A stretch of DNA of 56,841 nt, taken from a virus (taxonomy: Duplodnaviria > Caudoviricetes). The stretch is taken from positions 1-56,841 of the IMG/VR virus record IMGVR_UViG_3300049811_000087. The stretch is one strand, 5' to 3'. Below are positions 47,868-53,998 of this stretch, one piece after another; the stretch's first letter is position 1, and every line of letters begins with the position of its first letter. A model generated the notes under the pieces. It ran no database searches and was not told the origin of the DNA. It was given only the letters and a program-made list of their open reading frames with translations. The position numbers and the translations under genes are program-made.

Positions 47868-48032
47868 ATGTTCTGGATGCTATTCACAATCATCTTGTCG
47901 ATCGTCACCGCAACCGCCATCGGCGTTGCCGTCTACGCACTACTCGAAGAGTACAGGCAGATGGCACAGCAGATCAAGGAAGACGAAGAACAGATCGATG
48001 AGTTGAAGCGAACCATCATGAGCCTGGTCTAA
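47868..48032 (+). CDS. Cassette gene, 54-aa TM plus coiled-coil peptide (not in ORF track)
   Basis: GAGGAG RBS; MFWMLFTIILSIVTATAIGVAVYALLEEYRQMAQQIKEDEEQIDELKR... Confidence 0.7.
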   Translation: MFWMLFTIILSIVTATAIGVAVYALLEEYRQMAQQIKEDEEQIDELKRTIMSLV

Positions 48033-48042
48033 CAAGATCATC

Positions 48043-48080
48043 TCAAAAAGAGGAGGCCCCACAAGGCTTCCCTTTTTTCT
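48043..48080 (+). terminator. Intrinsic terminator (repeat family)
   Basis: AAAAAGAGGAGGCC-CCACAA-GGCTTCCCTTTTTT. Confidence 0.75.
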
Positions 48081-48091
48081 TAACATTATCT

Positions 48092-48111
48092 ACAATGCTT
48101 ATAATGAGAGA
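48092..48111 (+). promoter_or_regulatory. Promoter-like motif copy 10
   Basis: ACAATGCTTATAATGAGAGA. Confidence 0.78.
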
Positions 48112-48127
48112 CACAGAAGGAGAAATC

Positions 48128-48262
48128 ATGTTGGAAACAACAATCTTGGTCATGTTGGTCTTGTTCCCGCTCTTCGTCCTGCTCATCACCTGGTTGGTGG
48201 TGTTCAAGGCGTTGGGATGGATCAAGAACAGCATCGGCCGGTTGTTCACCCTGCGTGGATGA
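48128..48262 (+). CDS. Cassette gene, 44-aa TM peptide (not in ORF track)
   Basis: AAGGAG RBS; MLETTILVMLVLFPLFVLLITWLVVFKALGWIKNSIGRLFTLRG. Confidence 0.7.
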   Translation: MLETTILVMLVLFPLFVLLITWLVVFKALGWIKNSIGRLFTLRG

Positions 48263-48274
48263 CACACACGTGTT

Positions 48275-48311
48275 GAAAAGAGGGGGCCCTACAAGGCTTT
48301 CTCTTTTTTCT
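48275..48311 (+). terminator. Intrinsic terminator (repeat family)
   Basis: AAAAGAGGGGGCC-CTACAA-GGCTTTCTCTTTTTT. Confidence 0.75.
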
Positions 48312-48322
48312 TAACATGTTCT

Positions 48323-48342
48323 ACAACGCCTATAATGAGAGA
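48323..48342 (+). promoter_or_regulatory. Promoter-like motif copy 11
   Basis: ACAACGCCTATAATGAGAGA. Confidence 0.8.
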
Positions 48343-48361
48343 CGACAAAAGGAGAATTGTC

Positions 48362-48547
48362 ATGAAGACCAATGAGGAATTGAAGACTACCCGAGCGAAC
48401 ATCGACATCGACTGGAACCTAGTTCTGGTTGCCCTGTGTACTTACTGGGCGACACTGGACGGAACCACGCCGGTGTCCGCGGCTCTCAAGGAAGAAATCT
48501 TCGAGGAGATCAAAAGCCTATCACGACAAGTCGGACTGAATATCTGA
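48362..48547 (+). CDS. Cassette gene, 61 aa
   Basis: AAGGAG RBS before ATG 48362; the track start 48335 is inside the promoter motif. Confidence 0.7.
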   Translation: MKTNEELKTTRANIDIDWNLVLVALCTYWATLDGTTPVSAALKEEIFEEIKSLSRQVGLNI

Positions 48548-48548
48548 C

Positions 48549-48588
48549 TCAAAAAAGGAATAGGCCCTAACAAGGCTTATTCTTTTTT
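48549..48588 (+). terminator. Intrinsic terminator (repeat family)
   Basis: AAAAAAGGAATAGGCC-CTAACAA-GGCTTATTCTTTTTT. Confidence 0.75.
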
Positions 48589-48601
48589 GCTAACAAAAAC
48601 T

Positions 48602-48621
48602 ACAACGCCTATAATGAGAGA
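48602..48621 (+). promoter_or_regulatory. Promoter-like motif copy 12
   Basis: ACAACGCCTATAATGAGAGA. Confidence 0.8.
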
Positions 48622-48639
48622 CAACAGAAGGAGATTGTA

Positions 48640-48804
48640 ATGTTGAAGGCCATCAAGGTCGTCGTGTACACCATCATCACCATCCTGACCGGACTGGGTA
48701 CGCTCGGAGTCATGGGCTTCGGGTGGATCAGCTACCGCGAGGGTTCGATGAAGAAGGGCGCACTGACCGTCATGGACGCCGTCGACACCATCGACACCAT
48801 CTGA
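48640..48804 (+). CDS. Cassette gene, 54-aa TM peptide (not in ORF track)
   Basis: AAGGAG RBS; MLKAIKVVVYTIITILTGLGTLGVMGFGWISYREG... Confidence 0.7.
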   Translation: MLKAIKVVVYTIITILTGLGTLGVMGFGWISYREGSMKKGALTVMDAVDTIDTI

Positions 48805-48812
48805 GAGCAATC

Positions 48813-48856
48813 TCAAAGGAGAAGGCCCCCTAACAAGGGCTTTCTTCTTTTATTTT
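48813..48856 (+). terminator. Intrinsic terminator (repeat family)
   Basis: AAAGGAGAAGGCCC-CCTAACAA-GGGCTTTCTTCTTT. Confidence 0.7.
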
Positions 48857-48886
48857 CTTAATAACAAAACAATAGGAGGAAAAGTA

Positions 48887-49069
48887 ATGAAGTTCACTGG
48901 AGGATATGTGTTGGGAGCCTTGACGGTCGTTGGCATGGGGGTGTCATTCGTCGCAGGGATTGTCGCATGTGATTGGACATACTCCAAGAAGCAGGAGGCT
49001 GCATCTAAGATTTCAGACGCAACGGTAGCAAGCGTCATCGGTGAGTACATCAAGGCAAAGAGGAACTAA
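48887..49069 (+). CDS. Small membrane protein
   Basis: AGGAGG RBS; N-terminal TM. Confidence 0.65.
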   Translation: MKFTGGYVLGALTVVGMGVSFVAGIVACDWTYSKKQEAASKISDATVASVIGEYIKAKRN

Positions 49070-49299
49070 TGGTCATTATCCCGATTGAACCGAACACTTT
49101 GGATATCATCGCTGCTATGAACGGTGGTTTGAAGCCAAAGATCGACCCCAAGGAACATTCGAGCTTCATCTATCATGGTAAAGACAAGCTGAACGAGATT
49201 GTGCCTTCGATCTACGTTGGTACTTTATTGGCGTCTGGAGACTATCAGATAATCGAGATGCGGGCGATTGTCAAGAACGTTGAAGAAAAAGGAGTATAA
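49069..49299 (+). CDS. Hypothetical protein
   Basis: TAATG overlap. Confidence 0.6.
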   Translation: MVIIPIEPNTLDIIAAMNGGLKPKIDPKEHSSFIYHGKDKLNEIVPSIYVGTLLASGDYQIIEMRAIVKNVEEKGV

Positions 49300-49451
49300 T
49301 GTCAGAGAAGCCTGTCGGTAAAGAGACGTACGAGATTCTCAAGATCCTTAAGCAGACCTACATCGATGAGGGTCTGTGGATGAAGAATCGTATTCGGTGC
49401 GAGAACATCCAGGCAGACATCGACCTTTACGAGAGGTTCAACAAAAAATAA
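49299..49451 (+). CDS. Hypothetical protein, 50 aa (not in ORF track)
   Basis: AAGGAG RBS, TAATG overlap; MSEKPVGKETYEILK... Confidence 0.6.
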   Translation: MSEKPVGKETYEILKILKQTYIDEGLWMKNRIRCENIQADIDLYERFNKK

Positions 49452-49459
49452 CAGGTTTT

Positions 49460-49479
49460 ACAACGCTTATAACGAGAGA
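49460..49479 (+). promoter_or_regulatory. Promoter-like motif copy 13
   Basis: ACAACGCTTATAACGAGAGA. Confidence 0.75.
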
Positions 49480-49496
49480 CAACAGAAGGAGTTGTA

Positions 49497-49730
49497 ATGC
49501 TTGCAGTAACCGCATTCTGGTCGAACGATTCGTTCCGACTGAACTACGTGTCTGACGACATCGCAGAAGCTGTTCCGAGCGCTTTCATCAAGGCTTACCC
49601 TGAGGGGGCGGCCATGGTGAAGAAGCACATCGAGAGCAGGAAGCTGACGAAGTCCGGCAAATACGTGTTCGTCACGGGCGAAGATGGACGACTGCTAGGG
49701 TACGAGCGAGTACGAGACAACGAGGGCTGA
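49497..49730 (+). CDS. Cassette gene, 77 aa
   Basis: AAGGAG RBS. Confidence 0.7.
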   Translation: MLAVTAFWSNDSFRLNYVSDDIAEAVPSAFIKAYPEGAAMVKKHIESRKLTKSGKYVFVTGEDGRLLGYERVRDNEG

Positions 49731-49738
49731 AAGGAGCT

Positions 49739-49775
49739 CAAAAGGTTGGGGGTGGCAACACCCCTTTCCTTTTTT
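49739..49775 (+). terminator. Intrinsic terminator
   Basis: GGGGTG-GCAA-CACCCC stem plus T-tract. Confidence 0.7.
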
Positions 49776-49787
49776 GTCACATTATTC

Positions 49788-49807
49788 ACAACGCTTATAA
49801 TGAGAGA
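49788..49807 (+). promoter_or_regulatory. Promoter-like motif copy 14
   Basis: ACAACGCTTATAATGAGAGA. Confidence 0.8.
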
Positions 49808-49826
49808 CAACCATAAGGAGACTAAG

Positions 49827-50039
49827 ATGAACCGAGTTCTTGGTAAGCTTGAAGTCGTTGTGAATGACGGACGTTGGCACGCCTACGGAGATCTCACTGA
49901 TCCTGGAACAAACTACGCTATGGGCGTATTGACCGGGATGGGTGGAATCAACGAAACGGTGACCAACGGCATCTGGGAGTTCACAGTGGTTCAGGCTGAA
50001 GACGGACTGTTGATGACATCACTGTTGCCAATCAGTTGA
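49827..50039 (+). CDS. Cassette gene, 70 aa
   Basis: AAGGAG RBS before ATG 49827. Confidence 0.7.
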   Translation: MNRVLGKLEVVVNDGRWHAYGDLTDPGTNYAMGVLTGMGGINETVTNGIWEFTVVQAEDGLLMTSLLPIS

Positions 50040-50040
50040 A

Positions 50041-50078
50041 TCAAAAAGGGATGGCCCCTAACAAGGGCTTTCTCTTTT
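50041..50078 (+). terminator. Intrinsic terminator (repeat family)
   Basis: AAAAAGGGATGGCCC-CTAACAA-GGGCTTTCTCTTTT. Confidence 0.7.
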
Positions 50079-50081
50079 GCA

Positions 50082-50390
50082 ATGACTATTATTTTTAGTC
50101 GTATAGGGAAACAAATGGAAGAAACAATACAAGAGTATATTGTACGGTCGTTTGAAAAAGCTTTTATTGACACTAATTGGTTAAAAGGTTATTTGTGTTT
50201 ACGCTGTCATCCAAAAGGTTTGCTTACGGACGACCGTCCAGATGGAACGACATGGTGCCCGTATTGTGGTAAAGATCCGCTTATGCATGGGCCTGAAATC
50301 CCGGTAAAACCTATTAAAGAAAAATTAAAAATGCGAGGAAGTAGAGCTACAGCCATGTGGGTCGATGAGATTTATAGGATGGATATATGA
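50082..50390 (+). CDS. Zn-ribbon protein
   Basis: CLRC...WCPYCG; start uncertain. Confidence 0.5.
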   Translation: MTIIFSRIGKQMEETIQEYIVRSFEKAFIDTNWLKGYLCLRCHPKGLLTDDRPDGTTWCPYCGKDPLMHGPEIPVKPIKEKLKMRGSRATAMWVDEIYRMDI

Positions 50391-50572
50391 AAGCTATTGA
50401 GTTATTTCACATGTTAGGTGACGTTGGTGTTTATAATAACCAGCGGTTAAGCGAATATAAAGTAGTAGGGCCTGATGGTCGATCAATTTCTGGCGTTCAT
50501 TTTAATCATGAAAAAAAACAAGTAATTCTTCGTCAAAGAAACATTAAAGTTGAAAATCGAGTTGATTTATGA
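50387..50572 (+). CDS. Hypothetical protein
   Basis: ATGA overlap. Confidence 0.5.
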   Translation: MKAIELFHMLGDVGVYNNQRLSEYKVVGPDGRSISGVHFNHEKKQVILRQRNIKVENRVDL

Positions 50573-50590
50573 AGTCTATGGAGGAATTTA

Positions 50591-51070
50591 ATGACTAGAA
50601 CACGAACTGAACAACCATTACAAATGGGAGCGCGTAAAAAAGCTCGTCGTCTTCATAAAGTGGAAAGCATGATTGCCGAACTTCAATCTGAATATGAAGA
50701 ATTAAGAGCTGATCTCTTAGACTGGAAATGGCGTGAGTCTAAGCGTCTTGGTGTTGATGTTCCCGCCAATGCTCTTTTGTTAGACATTCTTGAGCTTATT
50801 GAAATAACGGAGGATGACAAATGGCTTTGGTTAGGTGTTACTAACAACAAAAACCTGCCGACCATTCGGTATCGAGATGGTCAAAAGGCTCACGAGCGCT
50901 CTGTTGTGCGCGTGCTTGCTGAGTTTTTTGAAATCATTGATGAAGACTGGGAAGGCACGTTGTATCCTACAAATGGTACTGACGATGTAAATCCTTGGCA
51001 CCGGGAATTGAGAGCTCTTCCTGAAGGTAAGTTTAGAGGAACTCCTAGAGGAGTCTATAAATTTGAGTAG
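50591..51070 (+). CDS. Hypothetical protein, possibly degenerate HNH-like
   Basis: GGAGG RBS; WLWLG......P......VNPWH resembles an HNH lacking the Cys/His residues. Confidence 0.5.
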   Translation: MTRTRTEQPLQMGARKKARRLHKVESMIAELQSEYEELRADLLDWKWRESKRLGVDVPANALLLDILELIEITEDDKWLWLGVTNNKNLPTIRYRDGQKAHERSVVRVLAEFFEIIDEDWEGTLYPTNGTDDVNPWHRELRALPEGKFRGTPRGVYKFE

Positions 51071-51073
51071 GAG

Positions 51074-52276
51074 ATGACTATGGCCGAAGTAGAACTAAGA
51101 CCACATCAAGAGGAAGCAGTAAAGAATCTAGCTAACGGTAAAATCTTGTATGGCGGTGTGGGTAGCGGGAAAACAAGAACAGTACTAGCATACTACAGAG
51201 AAAAGGAGTCACCTCGTGACATCGTCGTCATCACAACTGCGAAAAAGCGTGACAGTCTCGATTGGGAAAGAGAGGCCGCAAGGTTTGGAATATCCACAGC
51301 TTCTGAGTATACTTCAGACGGCGCTCTCCTTGTGGAGTCATGGAACAACATTGGAAAGCTTGAGCATCTACGAGACCGATTCTTCATTTTTGACGAACAG
51401 CGACTCGTGGGTAATGGAGCTTGGGTTAAGTCATTCCTCAAAATTTCCAGAAACAACCGATGGGTTCTTCTCAGCGCTACCCCCGGAGATTCGTGGATGG
51501 ATTACGCCCCTGTCTTCATAGCCAATGGGTTCTACAAAAACATTACTGAGTTTAAGATGAAGCACGTCATCTATGAAGCATTCTCACGTTACCCTAAAAT
51601 CAAAGGGTACTATAATGAATCTAGACTCGAGATTCTCAGGAACGACGTGTTGGTGGAGATGCCTTATGAACGTCACACTACTCGTATGTTGAACTATCTT
51701 GAGGTGGATTACAACCATAATCTGTTTAACACGGTGTTTCTACGTCGCTGGAATTATGTGGACGACAAGCCAATTAAAGATATTGCTGAGGTCTTTAGGC
51801 TGATGCGGAGAGTCGTCAATTCTCACCCGTCAAGACTTCACATGATTCGAAAGCTTATGACGTGTCATGACAAATTGATTATATTCTACACTTTTAATTA
51901 CGAACTTGATATCCTGCGAGAGTTAAGTTCAGAGATTACGGTTGCTGAGTGGAACGGACATAAGAAAGAACCAATCCCAGATACTGACAAATGGCTTTAT
52001 CTTGTACAGTATACGTCGGGTGCTGAAGGTTGGAATTGTACGTCCACGAACGCAATGATCATGTATTCTCTGACATATTCATACAAGAATTTCGAGCAAG
52101 CACAAGGTCGAATTGACCGCCTAGACACCCAATATGACACGCTTTACTACTATATCTTGGCGTCAAATTCGGTGATTGATCGTGGAATTCGAAATGCGTT
52201 GTCCCGAAAAAAAAGCTTCAACGAGCGTAAATTCTACGATAATTTGATAGATTCTTTCGAATTTGAAGAATGTTGA
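51074..52276 (+). CDS. SF2 (SNF2/DEAD-like) helicase
   Basis: LRPHQ, GVGSGKT, FDEQR, LSATP, AEGWN, QAQGRIDR. Confidence 0.85.
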   Translation: MTMAEVELRPHQEEAVKNLANGKILYGGVGSGKTRTVLAYYREKESPRDIVVITTAKKRDSLDWEREAARFGISTASEYTSDGALLVESWNNIGKLEHLRDRFFIFDEQRLVGNGAWVKSFLKISRNNRWVLLSATPGDSWMDYAPVFIANGFYKNITEFKMKHVIYEAFSRYPKIKGYYNESRLEILRNDVLVEMPYERHTTRMLNYLEVDYNHNLFNTVFLRRWNYVDDKPIKDIAEVFRLMRRVVNSHPSRLHMIRKLMTCHDKLIIFYTFNYELDILRELSSEITVAEWNGHKKEPIPDTDKWLYLVQYTSGAEGWNCTSTNAMIMYSLTYSYKNFEQAQGRIDRLDTQYDTLYYYILASNSVIDRGIRNALSRKKSFNERKFYDNLIDSFEFEEC

Positions 52277-52279
52277 AAA

Positions 52280-52545
52280 AAAAGTCGTTCAAAAACGACG
52301 CCGCTATATAGTAGAAATGGGGTATAATTTGAGTGTAAATGGGTATGAAAGTGCATGAAAGTAGTCGAAAACGCAATATTTTGTGGTGGGGCGTCGGCGT
52401 CATATATTTTTTGTAAAAACTTTATATATTTTTATACCTCTATACGACCTATATGGTGGTGTACGTAGTATAAGGGTGACATTTTATACAAAACTTTTTG
52501 AACCCCTAAATTTACCAAAAACGACGCCTCACCACAAAAGATAGG
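52280..52545. other. Non-coding AT-rich region with 18-bp inverted repeat; candidate replication origin
   Basis: TTTTGTGGTGGGGCGTCG (52379-52396) / CGACGCCTCACCACAAAA (52522-52539); AAAAACGACGCC occurs twice. Confidence 0.4.
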
Positions 52546-52555
52546 AGATTTTCTT

Positions 52556-53074
52556 ATGAGAGGACGATGGAGACCAATTCCAGACTTCCCCGAATACCTT
52601 GTGAACGACCATGGTCAGGTCTATAACACACGTACAGATTCGCTTATGGCGGAAAGCACAACAAGACAAGGAGACCTTAAAGTAACTTTGTCAAAAAACG
52701 GAGAAAGAGTAACCAGATCTGTTAGGGTTTTAGTTGCCGAAGCCTTTGTCGCTAAACCACCAACAGTAGAAGGATTTCATAAGTCTTCTATCCCTGACAC
52801 GGTTATAGTCTTAGATAATGATAAAGACAATTTAATCGCTTCAAACTTAGCTTGGCGTCCAGCCTGGTTTGCATGGAAATACGCAAGACAGTTCCAACCG
52901 TCGTATAGACCTGAGTTCTATTCAAAGCGTGTTATGAATCTCTCAACACGACGTACATATTCTTCAATTTTAGAAGCTGGTGTAACGGAAGGCCTTTTAT
53001 TTGATGACATCTTTAGATCAGCAGTTACGGGTTGTCATATCTACCCAACACAAACGAATTACGTTTTTGTATGA
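52556..53074 (+). CDS. NUMOD4 - degenerate HNH - NUMOD1-like protein
   Basis: WRPIPDFPEYLVNDHGQV (NUMOD4); LVAEAF...DNDKDN...NLAW lacks the HNH His. Confidence 0.7.
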   Translation: MRGRWRPIPDFPEYLVNDHGQVYNTRTDSLMAESTTRQGDLKVTLSKNGERVTRSVRVLVAEAFVAKPPTVEGFHKSSIPDTVIVLDNDKDNLIASNLAWRPAWFAWKYARQFQPSYRPEFYSKRVMNLSTRRTYSSILEAGVTEGLLFDDIFRSAVTGCHIYPTQTNYVFV

Positions 53075-53094
53075 CGTATACGGTAATTCCTTCT

Positions 53095-53115
53095 ACAACG
53101 TATATAATAGAGAGA
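53095..53115 (+). promoter_or_regulatory. Promoter-like motif copy 15 (variant; heads nuclease-RNAP operon)
   Basis: ACAACGTATATAATAGAGAGA followed by a 12-bp hairpin. Confidence 0.65.
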
Positions 53116-53161
53116 GAGGTGCTAAAACAGCATTTCTTTCCTATTTTCTGGAGGAATACCG

Positions 53162-53473
53162 ATGCGAGAGTCCAAATATCAGCGTGACCTCATTGAGAGG
53201 ATCTACCACATTTTACCTGGGTCCGTGGTCATCAAGAATGATCCGACTCGGATACAAGGCATTCCAGATTTGCTGGTTCTTTGGGAAGATAAGTGGGCGA
53301 TGCTTGAAGTTAAGCGTTCAATTTATGAAGATTCTGAACCGAATCAGGAATACTATGTTGCAGAAATGGATCGGATGTCATTTGCAGCTTTCATCTACCC
53401 GGAAAACGAAGACGAGGTTCTAGATGCGCTTCAATCAGCATTTGGACTTAAAAGACAAGCACGCATTTCTTAG
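53162..53473 (+). CDS. VRR-NUC / Holliday-junction-resolvase-like PD-(D/E)xK nuclease
   Basis: MRESKYQ...GIPDL...LEVK...NQ. Confidence 0.75.
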   Translation: MRESKYQRDLIERIYHILPGSVVIKNDPTRIQGIPDLLVLWEDKWAMLEVKRSIYEDSEPNQEYYVAEMDRMSFAAFIYPENEDEVLDALQSAFGLKRQARIS

Positions 53474-53984
53474 TCCTAGTAACTATCATTGGATCAACTA
53501 TAGTGATGCCAAACTAGAAGCTAGGTATACAGCAGCGCAAGCAGCTCGACGAGGAACTGATCTTCATTTATTGGCCCACGAAGCCATTCGATTAGGTGTC
53601 AAATTAGCAAAAAGTAATTTAGCATTGTCGACATACGTCAATGATGCAATTAACTACAAGATGACTTCAGAACAAATCTTGTATTACTCAGACAATTGTT
53701 TTGGTACAGCAGATACTATTTGTTTTCGTCGAAATAAATTAAGGATTCATGACCTGAAAACCGGCGTAACACCAACCAGTGAAAAACAACTGGAAGTTTA
53801 TGCTGCTCTATTTTGTTTAGAGTATGATGTGTTTCCTTATGATATTTCGATAGAATTGCGGATCTATCAAAATGATGAAATTCGCGTATTTGACCCAGTT
53901 CCGGAAGCAATCGAATCTATTATGGGTGTTATAGTTGAGCACAACAACCGAATTGAAGAGTTTCGCAGACAACAGAATCTTTGA
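53424..53984 (+). CDS. Cas4/RecB-like PD-(D/E)xK exonuclease (DUF2800-like)
   Basis: HAFLSPS...GT.LH...E...GTAD...IHDLKTG...QL..YA. Confidence 0.75.
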   Translation: MRFNQHLDLKDKHAFLSPSNYHWINYSDAKLEARYTAAQAARRGTDLHLLAHEAIRLGVKLAKSNLALSTYVNDAINYKMTSEQILYYSDNCFGTADTICFRRNKLRIHDLKTGVTPTSEKQLEVYAALFCLEYDVFPYDISIELRIYQNDEIRVFDPVPEAIESIMGVIVEHNNRIEEFRRQQNL

Positions 53985-53998
53985 GAAGGAGGGGTAAC

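Larger units (their letters stand above)
46255..50080 (+). repeat. Array of terminator-promoter-RBS repeat units separating unrelated micro-ORFs
   Basis: 11 copies of (A/G)CAA(C/T)GC(T/C)TATAA(T/C)GAGAGA; most preceded by a terminator hairpin, commonly TCAAAA-purine stem-GGCC..ACAAGGCTTTCTCTTTTTT, then TAACA. Confidence 0.9.

Noticed and set aside
47411-47868. Track ORFs 47411..47602 and 47509..47868
   Set aside because: They cross terminators and promoters; shorter RBS-led ORFs in other frames fit each cassette
46255-50080. CRISPR array or integron attC interpretation of the repeats
   Set aside because: Intervening segments are 130-600-bp ORFs with RBSs, repeats are terminator+promoter, and no cas operon or tyrosine recombinase is present
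53424-53984. Cas4 as evidence of a CRISPR system
   Set aside because: Stand-alone PD-(D/E)xK nuclease common in phages; no Fe-S cysteine set or array
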